Positions 23,998-37,009 of a stretch of DNA of 64,000 nucleotides are shown here, piece by piece. The stretch lies in the NCBI RefSeq assembly GCF_000372725.1, contig NW_005201269.1, positions 186,001 through 250,000 of the forward strand, written 5' to 3'. The position numbers and the translations under genes are program-made. Numbering within the stretch: position 1 is the first letter of the stretch; each line of letters starts with the position of its first letter. Source of the stretch: Emiliania huxleyi CCMP1516. Lineage: Eukaryota. The notes under the pieces are model-generated. The model saw only the letters and a list, made by a program, of their open reading frames with translations, had not been told where the DNA came from and did not search any database.

Positions 23998-24620
23998 AGA
24001 GTGGGCGCGTTGTTGTTGGCGTGGGAAATCTCACAGCCCGGTGTGAACACGATTTGAAGGTATCCGGCGCCCAGAAAAAAAAGAACGAGTTCGTTCGTCT
24101 GGCGCTGATTGATCGCCGATGATTGATCGCCGACATTGATCGCCGACATGATTGATCGCCGACTTGACACGCACCGCGCTGCCGATCCGCGTCGACTCCG
24201 ACGAGAATCGCTTCGCCACCGTGCCGAGCGACCTGCCACATCTCAAGACCGACAAACAATCGTGTTTGGCCGGCCAGCACAGGCGGCACTGGGGATCGAG
24301 CACTATATGTGCGTGGCGCCAGAAATTGTGCCGCAGGGGCTGCTCGAGGGCACCGCCGCCATATCGTGCGGGTTGAGCGCCGCGGCGGAACTGGCAATGA
24401 CTGGAGCAGTCGTGAGAGAGTCTGTGCGCTGCCGGCAGAGGCGGCAGAGGCGGCGGAGCGCGCGTCAAGAGAGGTTAAAAAAACGAAGCTGCTCGGAAAA
24501 GAGAAAAACAATGGTTTTTTACGGCGGCGCGCACTCCACCCCACCCCCGGGCACACCCAGACGCGCCAGTCCCGTGCCCAGTGTCGTGCGAGGGAGCTCT
24601 GGCTTCCCAACGACCAAGCG

Positions 24621-26252
24621 ATGGCCGACGAGGAGCTGGCCGCTTTGCGGGAGTCGTCAGCCTTGCACCCGGCGTGCGAGGAGGCGGCGTCCGACGAGGA
24701 GCACGATGAGATCTTTCGCCACCTGTGGTGGCGCGTGGTGCCCGTCCTGTGGCTCGGCTACGTGCTCAACATCGTCGACAGAACCAACCTGGGCTTCGCG
24801 GCACTTCAGATGCAGCAGGACCTCGCTCTGACGGCGCAGTCATTCGGCGTGGCGTCCGGCTTCTTCTACCTCTCGTACGGGCTGATGCAGGTGCCGTCGA
24901 ACCATCTGGCGAGCCGGATCGGGCCCGTCCGTGTGCTCGCCGTCTCAACCATATCCTGGGGTGCGGTGTCGGCTGCGACGTCGCTCGTCGGCGACGCCGC
25001 CGCGCTCTGCGCGCTGCGCTTCCTCCTCGGTCTCGCCGAGTCCGCCTTCTACCCCGGCTGCCTGTTTCTGCTCTCGCGCTGGTTCCCGCCGCAGTCGCTC
25101 GGCCGCGCGGTCGCCCTCTTCGCCACCGCGACGTCGGCGGGCGGGCTGCTCAGCACGGCGGGCTCGGGCCTGCTCATGCAGCTCACCGACGGCGTGCGCG
25201 GCGTGCGCGGCTGGCGTTGGCTCCTCCTCCTCGAGGGCCTCCCCGCGATTGCGCTCGGTGCCTGCACGCCCCTCCTGCTCGCCGAGTCGCCCGAGGCGAC
25301 GAGCTGGCTGCGCGGCTGGCCTCCCCGCCGCCGCGACGCGCTCCTCGCCGCCGTGGGGCGAGGCCGCCGGAGCGCCGCGCCGCCGCCGCCGCTGAAGCGC
25401 TCGCTGCGCACCACGCTGCGCGAGCGGCGGACGTGGATGTTTGCGGTGCAGTACGTCGGCTGCAGCATGATGCTCAACGTGTCGCGCTTCTTCCTCCCCA
25501 CGCAGCTCCGCGAGGCGCTCCCCGCCGGCACCTCGCCCGCGCAGGTCGGCAAATCCGTCCGAGACTCTTCCGAGACACTTCCGAGACACTTCCGAGACAC
25601 TTCCTCCGAGGCGCTGCCGCACATGTGTGACTCCGCCTAGTGTGGAGATGCCGTGTCCCGTGGGGCCTTGTTGTCCTAGCACGGGGGTACCCGTGTGGAC
25701 CGGAGGTGACAGCAGCAGCAGCAACAGCAGCTGCCGCACTCTACCGCGCAGGTCGGCTGGCTGCTCGCCGTCCCCGCCGTCGCAAAGGTGGCCGCCATGC
25801 CGCTCGTCGCGCGCTACACCGACGCAGGAGGGCACGCCCGCCGGCTCGCCGCCGTCGTGCGGCTCCTCGGCGCCGGCGCCGGCCTGCTGCTGCTCGCCGC
25901 CACCGCGATGGTCGTTTCGTCGGGTCCGCCCTCCCTCGGCCTCGTCTCGCTCGTCGCCGCCGCCGACGTGGCGGTGCAGACCGCGGTGCCCGTCTTTTGG
26001 GCGCTGCACATGGGCGGGCTGCCCGCGCCGCTCGCGCCCGCGTCGATCGCCGTCGTCAACTCGGTCGGCAACCTCGGCGGCTTCCTCGGCCCGTCGCTCG
26101 TCGGCACGGTGCACGACGCCACCGCCGGGGAGAAGTGCGGTGGCCAGTGCCCGTGGGGGTGGGGCCTACTCGCCGTCGGCTTGGCGTTCGCCACTATCAC
26201 CGCCGCCGTCTCGCTCGGGCCGGCCGGACAGTACCGCGAGCCGCAGCTCTGA
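24621..26252 (+). CDS. MFS transporter, anion:cation symporter (TtuB/Tna1-like), one intron at 25545-25751
   Basis: LNIVDRTNLGFA, RFLLGLAESAFYPG, GWRWLLLLEGLP, AVVNSVGNLGGFLGP. Confidence 0.9.
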
Positions 26253-26522
26253 CCACCGGTATGCATGTGGCGATCCCGACTCGGGAGTCTTTGCGGCCGA
26301 GGCGTGTGTTGCTGCTGGTTCGAGGGAGAGCGCGTGAGCATATATCGCTGGTTTGTGCGCAGTTTTGGGAAGAAACACGTGCATAAGACCATAAGTCTCT
26401 CTCGCGTACAGTATATGTGTCTGCCAGACTCTACTCCCTGTGCGGTCTCGGTTTGAATTCTGATATCATGATTCGTGTTTCTACGGTCTGCCGCACACCT
26501 CACGCCTCTCCGTGCGCGTGCC

Positions 26523-28186
26523 TCACCTCTGCTCGACAGCCGCGGCCGCCTCGAGCGGCTGGATGGTCAGGCTCACGCCGTGGCGCGCCTCAAAGGCGGC
26601 CGCCTCGGCCTGCAGCTGCGCAAAATCGGGGTGCCGCTCGCTCGAGACGACGGCCGAGAGGCAGAAGAGGTCGCCCTCGGCGCGCGCGGTGACGGCTCGG
26701 CTCACCCCCGTCTCCACCGCCCTGGCGGCGGCCTGCCGGTACGAGGGCGTGCGGCGGGCCGCGTGCCCTGGGGCGCCATGGTCGCCGCCGTCGGTGGCAT
26801 GCGCGGCGCCGGAGTAGACGCGCGAGTCGAGCGACTGGATGTTGAGGCCGTGTGTCGCGAGGAAGGAGGAGACGCGGGAGACCAAGCCGGGCTGGTCGAC
26901 TCCAAGCAGCTCGACACGCGCGCACGCCGCGCCGCCGAGCGAGGGGCGCCGGCCAATCTTGCCCTCGGGCGTCGAGACGTCGATCCGCGACGTCTCCACG
27001 CGCAGCCCGCCCTGCCTGCCCGCCGCGACGAGCGACTTGCGCAGCGCGTCCGCCCCGCCGGACGGCGCCGACACGACCATCATGAAGGCGATGTCGTCGC
27101 CGATGGTGATGATCTTGGAGGCGGAGATGTTTGCGCGCGCCGCCGAGATGCACTCGCTCAGCCGCGCGACAAGCCCGAGCCGGTCGGCGCCGTACGCAGT
27201 CACAAAGATGTGCGCGTCGCCGACTGCGAGGCCGGGCTGTGGCGCCGACTCCTGCTCCGAGCTGACGAAGCGCTCCATCGCCGGCAGCCGGACGCGGTAC
27301 GAGTAGGCGAGGCTCCGCATCGCAATCGTGCTCCCGACCCCGAGCACAATGGCCGCCGGCCGCGCCACCACCGAGACGAGGCCTGCGTAGAGCGCGGCGC
27401 CGGCGAGCGCGGTGGGCGCGTACAGCGCACCCGCCTCGCCCTCGCCAGAGTAGAGGATGCCTGCGGTGGAGGGGACGTGTGCGACGCGGCACGGCGGGCG
27501 CGGCATCGCGGTGGCGCGGCGTGGCGCGCGCCCTGGTTGCGCCTCCCGACGAGGACGTCGCGGACCAGCCCACCGCAGGTGGCGGTGAGCATGCCGCAGA
27601 GGCAGCAGACGGAGAAGGGCATGGCCGCCGAAATGGCCGCCTGCGCGCCGACGACAGCGAAGGCGCCCAGGCCCAGCGTGTCGCCCAGGAAGAGCGCGTC
27701 CGCGCGCAGCAGCCCCACGGTCTCGAGCGACTCGGAGCCAAAGAAGGTTGCGAGGCCGACGCCGATCGAGAGGAGGAGGAAGGATGTCTCCCGGAACCAG
27801 AAGACGGGCAGCCGGCCGAGCAGCACGTCGCGGACGGTCCCGCCGCCGAGCGCGGTGATGGTGCCGACAAAGACGCAGCCGAGCGTGTCCATGCCGGCCT
27901 GGCCGGCGACGAGGCACCCTGAGGCAGCGAAGGCGGCCGTGCCGAGGTAGTCGAGAAAGACGAGCCCGGCTGGCACGGTCTCGAGCACAGAGACTGGGCC
28001 CCACCGACGGCTCCTGCCCTCGCGCGCCGTCTTTGTCCGTCCGCCGGTGCCTGTGCAGAGGCGAGCCGCAGGCGGGCGAAGAAACGGCAAGCAGGCGCGG
28101 TGGAGCGCCGACGGCGCGCTGAGCGGCGCGCGCAGCGGCGTGCGGAGCGGCGTGTGAAGCGAGCAGCGGGCGAAGGAGCCGAGCAT
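26523..28186 (-). CDS. UPF0126/Gly_transporter (TRIC-like) membrane protein fused to tandem GcvR-like ACT domains, with a predicted mitochondrial presequence
   Basis: DYLGTAAFAASG, TALGGGTVRDVLLG, DTLGLGAFAVVG, TATCGGLVRDVL, then VTAYGADRLGLVARLS...NISASKI and LLGVDQPGLVSRVSSFLATHGLNIQSL. GC-AG intron at 27461-27531. Confidence 0.85.
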
Positions 28187-28394
28187 TCGGCCGGCGCGGG
28201 AATTTTTCGCAAACAAAGAATTTTTTCGCAGCCGTTGAAGAGGCACGAGGAGGGCGGCGACATCAACCGACTATGGAGGACCAGTCGCCAGACGACGCAG
28301 GGCAGACGACGGGGAGCCGGAGCAGACGCGCAGGGCGAGACGAGGGAGGGAGCAGGACTTTGCGGAGATCAGCAGGAGGATGTACGAAGAGATT

Positions 28395-28550
28395 AGGAAA
28401 TAAAATATTCTTACCTTCAAGCCCCCCTCCGAGACTAGGGACAGAACCACACCAGTATAGACCAGAGGGTGTGCGCCTCGCCCCCACTTGCCCTGACTGC
28501 ACAGGATTGCGTGCCCCGAAAGACGGCGACACATAGCGGGGGACACTGCG
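28395..28550 (-). repeat. Dispersed ~150-bp repeat, copy 2
   Basis: Its reverse complement matches 9073-9226. Confidence 0.75.
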
Positions 28551-29042
28551 CCACGGTGACGGCGCCTTCTAATCCGGATCGATCCTTCTCATGCTCAGCA
28601 ATCGCCGCCTCAGCATCCTCCTCTTCCGATTCTCGTTGCTCTTCTTGAGCGCAATCTTCAAGCCAAACAGTTCTCACAAATAGCCTCAAGCTCAAACAAA
28701 CGCATAGGAGCCTGTGTATGCTGGTCCTCTTTGAACGATCCGCGCGTGAGGTAGCATAGGGCCTTGTTGGCAGCAGCCAGCTTGTTGCGCTGCTTCGTTG
28801 CGATGAGCTGATTGGGATCGCAGAAGTGCATGCCAAGCACCGCCACGATCTTGAAGCAGAACACATCGCAACCGCATCGTCCGCACTGCCATCGGCATGC
28901 CGCGCCCGCCGCTTCGCCGCAGCCGCCTTAAGACACGCATAGCGGCAGCACATGGTACGGTGCGCGTACTTGAGCAGGAGTTGCGCGCCGCAAGTAGCGC
29001 ACTGGCCCTGGGACAAGGCGATATGGCGTCGTGCGCGGCATA

Positions 29043-29647
29043 CCTGTTGTTGTCAATAAAATTCCACTCCAGAAACATTCCACTTCGAAGTCGCACCGGA
29101 CGGTAAGCATGTTAGCTCTGCGCTCAAACCGCAACGCGCTGCGCGTTGCGCACGCCAAGGTTTCGTTGCAGGAGCGGCGAGCCGCCTCCAACGCTTGCGC
29201 CATCGCGGTCCTCGGCGGCCGCTTCCAGACCGTTCCGGAGGCGATGCGCCACCCGGACTTTGCAGACGCGACGCGATCACTCGCCGATAAGGCATTCGCG
29301 GCTATGAAGGACGAGCCTGATGCCAAAGCCGCTGCCGTCTGGGTGCTGGAGGCGAGCACACTTGTGTTGCGGGTTGGGTCAATGGGAGGGTGTACTGCTG
29401 TTTCTGCAGCCATGTGGAATGGGTGGCACGGCGCCGCAGAAGGTGCTGGGACTGCCATGCAGAAATGCTGCCATGTGCAGTGCGCGGCGGCTTTGGAGCT
29501 CGCCTCGGGCGGTTCCCACAAGTCCGTGCGGAGGTCCTGGCGGCCAGCAAGTCGCAGAGCACGCCGCGCAGCGCAGAGCGCGCCCCGGCGCCGAATAAGT
29601 ATATAAGATTTTCTGCACCGAGGTGGAATTTTATTGATACCAACAGG
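29043..29647. mobile_element. Tc1/mariner-type non-autonomous element
   Basis: ~26-bp TIRs cctgttgttgtcaataaaattccac / gtggaattttattgataccaacagg, flanked by TA on both sides. Confidence 0.75.
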
Positions 29648-30627
29648 TACGTTGGTCGGGACGCGTCCACAGGTATTTTTCGGGTAAACCTGGACTTTTG
29701 CAGGTATACCCGGGTTTTACCGGGAGTTGGCCTTGTGTCGTCTAAGTTCATGGCCCCCGACCATGCAGCGTCTAAGTCCGAGCCCGGCTCCGTGCGGGGG
29801 CTAAGTTGAGCGCTCGCTCGCTGCAGAGGCTAAGAGCGACCCTCTAGCCCTACTACCCAACCATTTCCCACTCCACTCCGCTGCTCCACTCGCCTGCCGC
29901 ACTGGTGAGGACCGTTTTGCGGTCGCCGCCCCCGCCCCGGTTTTTACGCCCCCCCCCCCCCCAGGCGAACGGCAACGAGCGTTTCGGCGCGCGGGATTAT
30001 GAGGGCGCGCTGCACCGTTTTTCGGACTTTTAATTCAAGGTAGTCAGCATTGAATTGTTCCCCAGGCGCGCTTGTCAGACACGAAGGTGGAAGCCCCAAA
30101 AGGACTGTGGAAACGGGGGGGGGCGCCGCAACCAAGGATCAGTTGTATCTAGATCGGGCGAGGACCCCCCCCCCCCCCCCGGGTAGTTCGTGTGACCCCC
30201 CTGAGCGCGTGAGTGGGGAGCAGGAGAGAGAGCTTTTGTGGTGTTGGTGTACGCAATAACGGGACAGGGTGATTGTTCTCTCTATCTCATCTTCTAGGCT
30301 CTTAGCATGAGCTGCGCCCTGTGTCCGACCCCTTTTGCGCAGCAACACGCCTTAAACTTTCAGGCCCTCCAAATTCGGGTCGGAGCGTACGTAGCGGAGT
30401 GTTGGGCCCCGAGTTTGAAAAGGGCGACGGACGCTTGCGTCCTAGCCTCCAACAACGCCTCCCCGGCGCAGAGGGGCCCCCGGAGGGATGCACAACCGCT
30501 CCACACCACGCCGCTTGCGGCGGTCCTCTTCCCAGTTCCGCAAGATCAGCGTTTTTTTCGTGTTCTAAGGGCGTGCGTGCTTCGGGGTTGGTGTGAGACA
30601 CTGCGCTCGCTCATTCGGCCACGCGCA

Positions 30628-31521
30628 ATGGGCCAGGAAACCTCGCGCTTCGTCGAGACAGCGCGCACCGCTGCCAAGAAGCTCACCGCCGATTTTGGCG
30701 GCGACAGCGACGGCACTGAGCTCGTGCTGTGGGAGGGCGTGCCGGACGACGTGCGGTGGCTCGTAATATCGCACGTCAAGCTCCTGCTCACCAACGATCC
30801 GGAGGCGCTCTGCTTCCGGCCCGACCAGCTGGAGCCCACAGACTCGCCCGACCACGAGCTAGACGACCACGAGGCGGCCGCGGCCGCGGCGGCGCTGCGG
30901 GACCGCGGCCTCGGGCCGCTGATTCAGAAGGCGATCGACACGCTGGTCCCGGGCAGCATCTCCGAGGCGACATTCTGGGAGCACTTCTTCTGCCACGTGG
31001 ACGTGCTCAAGGTGAAGATCGTCTCCGACTATTTGCGCGCGCAGGAGCTGTGCGCCGACGCGCGGAAGCGGAAGCAGGAGGAGTGGTTGTCCGCCTTCGA
31101 CCGCTGCGACGAGTCGCTGCAGATGGACCTCAAGCGCGCGGCGGAGCACATCGCCATGGACGTGTATCGCGCCACCGACGCGCCAGGCGCCTCTGAGGCG
31201 GACAGCCGCCGCCGCGCCGAGGAGATAGCGCTGAGCGAGTTCGGCAGCGCGGCGCGGTGGACGCCGGGCACGACCGAGGCGTGGCTAGACTACACCGAGG
31301 ACGGGCCGTGGGAGATCGCGCGCTTTCTGCAGAAGCGTCTCGCGCGGCGAGCGCGCGAGAGCAGAGAGAGCGCCGCCGCCGCCGCCGGTGGCATGCCCAG
31401 CGCTCCGGCGGGGACGCCGGTCGCGGCGTTGCGCATGCAGCGATCGTTCACCCCGAGCGCCGGCTCCGACCTGCCCACGCCCGCCTCGACGGCCACGCTG
31501 ACGCCCGAGCCCATGGATTGA
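30628..31521 (+). CDS. BSD-domain protein with a possible N-myristoylation motif
   Basis: MGQETS start, LVPGSISEATFWEHFF (BSD signature), strong GC3 codon bias. Confidence 0.7.
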   Translation: MGQETSRFVETARTAAKKLTADFGGDSDGTELVLWEGVPDDVRWLVISHVKLLLTNDPEALCFRPDQLEPTDSPDHELDDHEAAAAAAALRDRGLGPLIQKAIDTLVPGSISEATFWEHFFCHVDVLKVKIVSDYLRAQELCADARKRKQEEWLSAFDRCDESLQMDLKRAAEHIAMDVYRATDAPGASEADSRRRAEEIALSEFGSAARWTPGTTEAWLDYTEDGPWEIARFLQKRLARRARESRESAAAAAGGMPSAPAGTPVAALRMQRSFTPSAGSDLPTPASTATLTPEPMD

Positions 31522-32289
31522 TGAGCGGCCGAACACACTCGAACACACACATGAGCGTGCAAGTCACGAGAGGGGAAATCACCCCTTTTTTAGGGGGGAA
31601 TGAGCGGCCGACACACGTGTGTACGCGCCTCGTGCTCTCTTTTTGTGTCTTGAGTCTTGTACGTTGTAGCCCGCGCGCGTCTGCGCTCTGCCGTCTCTCG
31701 CGGTGTCTAGTGTCTTTCGTCGTTGTGCCGCTACAACAATGGTTGACGTAAGATATATCTCAAAGAGTACTAAGTAGCATGTAGATTAGTACGCGTAGAC
31801 ATAAATTAATTAATATGATATATGCCGAGAGTGGAGAGATTTTGCCAGGTGTAATTTCTAATATTAAAATTATATTAATAGCTCTAGAATGCGATTTTAT
31901 GAGACGAGCGATGCTCTCCACGCCCTGCACTCTCTCTCTCCCCTCAACCCCGTCTCTCTACCTCTCTTAAACTCTCCCTCAACCTCCGCGCGCTCTCTCT
32001 TATACCGCCGCCGCCCGTCCCATCCCCTGCCTCAATCCCCCCGGGGCAACGACTGCCCCCTAGCGACACACCGTACAAAACGAGCGCGGCCATGTGTCCT
32101 CGTGTCGGGCGCGCGGCGCGCGCCGCCGACATTCCGGCCTCGCGGCCAGTCACAGTAGGGCGAGGTTTTGGCCCGCGAGCGCGTGACTGCATCACGGCGC
32201 CGCGAGGTGGCTCTGCACGATCTGGGCCACCGCCGTGGCGAGGCCGGCGTCGCTGGCGCGCACCGACGCACGACACATGCCTGCTGCTG

Positions 32290-33117
32290 NNNNNNNNNNN
32301 NNNNNNNNNNNNNNNNNNNNNNNNNNNNNNNNNNNNNNNNNNNNNNNNNNNNNNNNNNNNNNNNNNNNNNNNNNNNNNNNNNNNNNNNNNNNNNNNNNNN
32401 NNNNNNNNNNNNNNNNNNNNNNNNNNNNNNNNNNNNNNNNNNNNNNNNNNNNNNNNNNNNNNNNNNNNNNNNNNNNNNNNNNNNNNNNNNNNNNNNNNNN
32501 NNNNNNNNNNNNNNNNNNNNNNNNNNNNNNNNNNNNNNNNNNNNNNNNNNNNNNNNNNNNNNNNNNNNNNNNNNNNNNNNNNNNNNNNNNNNNNNNNNNN
32601 NNNNNNNNNNNNNNNNNNNNNNNNNNNNNNNNNNNNNNNNNNNNNNNNNNNNNNNNNNNNNNNNNNNNNNNNNNNNNNNNNNNNNNNNNNNNNNNNNNNN
32701 NNNNNNNNNNNNNNNNNNNNNNNNNNNNNNNNNNNNNNNNNNNNNNNNNNNNNNNNNNNNNNNNNNNNNNNNNNNNNNNNNNNNNNNNNNNNNNNNNNNN
32801 NNNNNNNNNNNNNNNNNNNNNNNNNNNNNNNNNNNNNNNNNNNNNNNNNNNNNNNNNNNNNNNNNNNNNNNNNNNNNNNNNNNNNNNNNNNNNNNNNNNN
32901 NNNNNNNNNNNNNNNNNNNNNNNNNNNNNNNNNNNNNNNNNNNNNNNNNNNNNNNNNNNNNNNNNNNNNNNNNNNNNNNNNNNNNNNNNNNNNNNNNNNN
33001 NNNNNNNNNNNNNNNNNNNNNNNNNNNNNNNNNNNNNNNNNNNNNNNNNNNNNNNNNNNNNNNNNNNNNNNNNNNNNNNNNNNNNNNNNNNNNNNNNNNN
33101 NNNNNNNNNNNNNNNNN
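32290..33117. other. Assembly gap (N run)
   Basis: 828 N characters. Confidence 1.
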
Positions 33118-35409
33118 GGCGGCGGCGGCGCCGCCTCGGCGTGCGCAGCCTCTGCGCGCGGCTCGACGCGCCTCGTCGGCGCCTCCGGGTCGTCGCCCTT
33201 CGACTTTGAGGCGAGCGCCTTGGAGACGATGGACTCGCGCTCGGTGAAGTGCGGCATCATCTCGAGCACGGTGCCCTTGATCGAGGCGAGCGACGGGGCG
33301 GAGAGCGAGATGTACTCGGCGGCGCGCTGCTGCACCTCCTGGTCCATCGCGGCTGAGTGCTGCTGCATCACCTCGGACACCATCTGCGCCACCTCGGCGT
33401 AGGTGTGCGCGATCTTGACGTACGTGTTGAGCAGCAGCGCGCGCACGTCCGGGTCGGCGTTGCGGAAGTGCTTGTGCAGCAGCGTGATCTGCTCCGAGGG
33501 CGAGGAGCCGGGCGACTCCGCGATGGTGTGCCCGAACTCGCCGAGCACGTAGCCGGCCACCTTGACCAGGTTCTTGTGCGGCAGCACCTCGGCGTTCAGG
33601 ATGGTCCAGACGCCCTGCGCGGCGTAGCGCTGCAGGTCCTCGCCTTGGTTGGTGACGATTTGGACGATGCGGTACCAGACCTCGTCCGCCACCTGGTCGC
33701 CCGCCGAGCGGACGAGCTGCAGCACCACGTCCACGTACCACGAGTTGTCCGACGCGAACCGCTCCGACAGGATGGCAATCTTGAGGACGAGCTCCTCCTT
33801 GATGTGGTCGTCCGCGTTGTCAAGGTAGTTGAGCAGCTCGCTCACCGTCTCCTTGACGGTGGCGGTGTCGCACATCGCGTACACGAGGTCGAGCGCGCGG
33901 CGGCGGATCGAGATGTCCGGGTCCTTGAGCGAGAAGAGGATCGTCGACTGGTGCTTCTTCAGGTCGTCGAGCGTGTGCGGCTGCTCCTGGCTGAGGCGCG
34001 CCATCGTGTCGAGCCCGAGGTAGCGGATGTTTGCCTCGCGGATCGAGATGAAGCGACCGAGCAAGTTGATGCACTGCGGCAGCGTCTCGGACGACTGCCC
34101 GAGGTGGATGGAGAGGTTGATCGCCTCGAAGAGCACCGCGTGCGTCGCGTTGTTCTTGTTGACGTTCTTGGTCACCTCGGTGCCGGAGACGATGCGCTGC
34201 AGCACCTGCGGCCACGGGCGAGGGGGCGCGCCGTGCGGGATCGGAGGGCGGGAGAGCGGGAGGCGAGCGGCGGTGGCGGCGGGCGTGGGTGGCGGGGATG
34301 GAGAAGAGGGGCCTGCACGTGGTGGTGGTGGTGGTGGTGGTGGTGGTGGTGGTGGTGGTGGTGGGGAGAGGGTGTCTGCCGGCTCTAAGGCAGGTCTTCT
34401 TTTGTCCGCTGGCTCATCGGGGCAGCGGCGTCGCTTCTGCAATGCGCAGCTTGCAGGCTGCAGCTTGGGTGCGTCTCGGCTGCCCCTCTTGCGCGCTCTC
34501 TGCGCCCTCTCTGCGCCCTCGCGGCTAGATGTGTGCGGGCTGGGCGGCGGTGCGGGCCGGGCGGCGGTGCGGGCCGGGCGGCGGCACCTCCGAGACGCGC
34601 AGCTTGAGTGCGTGCTCCTCGGGGGGCGGGAAGTGCTGCAGCACCTTGAGGAGCTTGATCTGGAGCCACGGGGTGGGGATGCCGTAGTACAGGTAGTCGT
34701 TCGAGTAGTCCTTGTTGAGCACGAGCCGCGTCAGCGTGCGCGCCGCCTTTGGTGCCGCCGCCTCCCAGCCGGCCGAGTCGACCGCCAGGACGCCAAGGAC
34801 GAGGGAGGTGACCGAGGTGAGGACGCCGATGTTCTTCTCGTCGAGGAGGGCGAGAATCCGGTCCGCCCACTGCTCCGCCGGCAGCGTGTCGTTCGACTTT
34901 CGGAAGAGCCGCAGCGCCGTCAGCGCCGCCTTCTTCCGGACGTACGTCTTAGTGATGTTGTGCGTCAGCAGCTTGAGCACGTCGTTGGAGAGGGTCTCGG
35001 CGAACTCCTTGCCTCCGACGTTGCAGATGGAGTTGAGCGCGAGGCAGACCGCGTTGTCGTTCCGCGAGATCAGGTCCACCCGGATCGAGTTGATGATTAG
35101 CCGCAGCAGCTCGTCCCCCTCGCGCAGCATCAGCGCGCACCACGCGTACCCGACACTCTTCTCAGAGTATTTTTGGGAGGAGAGGAGGTTGACGGCCTCC
35201 ATGTGGCCGAAGTCGACCTCATACCCGAGCATGTACATGTACAGAATCTTCCACACGTACTTTTTGCGGTTGTACCCGTTCATGTTGGAGTCGGACGTGA
35301 ACTTGGAGCGGATGTGCGCCATCTCCTTCTCGACCCGCTTCTCCTCCTGCTCCTTGGAGGAGCAGTTGCGGAGGTCCGAGATGAAGACGGTCAGCCCGCG
35401 CATCGCCAT
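33118..35409 (-). CDS. AP2A: AP-2 complex subunit alpha (alpha-adaptin); C-terminus falls in the gap
   Basis: MRGLTVFISDLRNC..KEQEEKRV, KKYVWKILYMYMLGYEVDFGHME, YYGIPTPWLQIKLL, NKNNATHAVLFEAI, DISIRRRALDL. One intron at ~34207-34588. Confidence 0.97.
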
Positions 35410-36353
35410 GGCTGCCGCGAGGGGGGGGGGCTTCTGCGGAGGGGGGGGAGCGGGCGGGCGGAGGTCGGCCGCCGATGCGCGGCAGGGAGCGCGGCGAAAG
35501 GCTACCGACGACCGAGGGGCGGCGACGGGCGGCCGAGGCGCAAGGGGGGGGGCAAGCGAGGCGAGGCCGCTGGCGGGGGTGGCGACTGGGCGTCCGCGGC
35601 GCGTCGGGAGAGCGTGCGCCGTCGGTACCTGAGAGGCACAGCCCGAGGCTAGCGAACGCCGAGTCTGCGGCGCTTAGCCTAAAAGAAATCCCCACGCTCA
35701 CTAGACCCCGTGAGGAGGGCGACCATAGACACCTCACTAGACCCCACATACGGTCTCGTCCGTGCCTCGCCGGCCGGAGAGATTGCTAGAGGTGGAGCAT
35801 GCTGCTCTAGCCTCACATGTCACTTCCTGTCGTCTGTTGTTTGTTGTGCCCTTGAGCCTTGTTTGTTTCTCTTGGCACCTTGGAGTGCTGGGGGGGGCGA
35901 CAGGGAGGATGTGGCCTTGAGTTATGTGTACGCCAACTCAGGGTGTGTGGCAGCCAGCTGGCTGTGTGTCTTGTGAGCTTGTTTGTGTCTGTGTGTCGCT
36001 CGTGCGTGTCGTCATCATCTGTCCAGCGTCCACCCATACCGCGTTGGTGTCCAGTCCGAGCCTGGCTGTTCTTCACCTTTCTACCTACCTACCTCCGAAA
36101 CGAGAGTGGACCTGAGCAACGACATGACTTGACGGGAAATGATCAGAAGAGTCGTCCTTGCGCGAGGAGAAAACTCGAGCGAGGGGCCAAAATATGCCGC
36201 GAGGAGAGCTCGCCTCCGTCGCTCCGTCCGCCGGCGAAGGGCACTACGAACGAGCGGCCCGCCTCGGCGCACCAGCACTAGCCCTCGCTCCTCGGTGACT
36301 AACTTGCGCCGTCTTAGTTCCCCGCGGGGCCCGGGACCACTCACTCACTGCGG

Positions 36354-36877
36354 CAGCTTGGGCTCGGCCTAGTTTTCCGGAAAACAAAAAGGAAAACAGA
36401 GGGTCCCCAGCACTTTGCGTTTCCGGAAATTTCCAGGGAAAACAGAGGGTGTTTGGTGCTCCATTCTGGAAACTCGCTGTTTTCCCTGAGTCTGAGAGCT
36501 GGTCTGGGGCAAAAACGCAAAATCTGAGGCAAAATTGAGGAAATCGACAAAATGCCAAGGCGGTCGCAGGATAAATTCCAGGTATGCACGGGTTCTCCGC
36601 AAAATTCCCGGCATTTTGCCGATTTGGCCTAAAATTTGGCTGATTTTGGGCCCAAACCAGCCTCAGACAAGCTGCCGAGCCCAAACCACTGTGAGAGTCG
36701 TGATTTCTTGTTGGTTAATAAAAATCTCTCTCTCAGACTCGGCTCAGAGCCCAAAATTTGACGATTTTCCACGGAGTTTTCCCGGGAAAGGAGAGAGGAA
36801 AAGAGAGGGTGTTGTAGAGAAAAAAGGAAAGGAAAACAGACGGGGTGCGAGAGGCAAACTAGGCCGAGCCCAAACTG
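36354..36877. mobile_element. Non-autonomous TIR element (MITE-like)
   Basis: TIRs cagcttgggctcggcctagttt / aaactaggccgagcccaaactg flanked by CGG. AT-richer interior. Exact ends are ambiguous. Confidence 0.65.
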
Positions 36878-37009
36878 CGGCATCAGTCAGAGAAATCCTT
36901 CGTGCTCTCGCAGGTTCCCTCGTTCGCAGGTTCCCTCGTAGTACCTGGTCGACATACTCGGAGGGCCGGGCGCGCTTGTGCCGCGCGCGCCGGGCGACCC
37001 GATCGTGCC

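Noticed and set aside
31944..33741. Long ORFs containing X runs
   Set aside because: Artefacts of the N gap; only the alpha-adaptin frame is supported.
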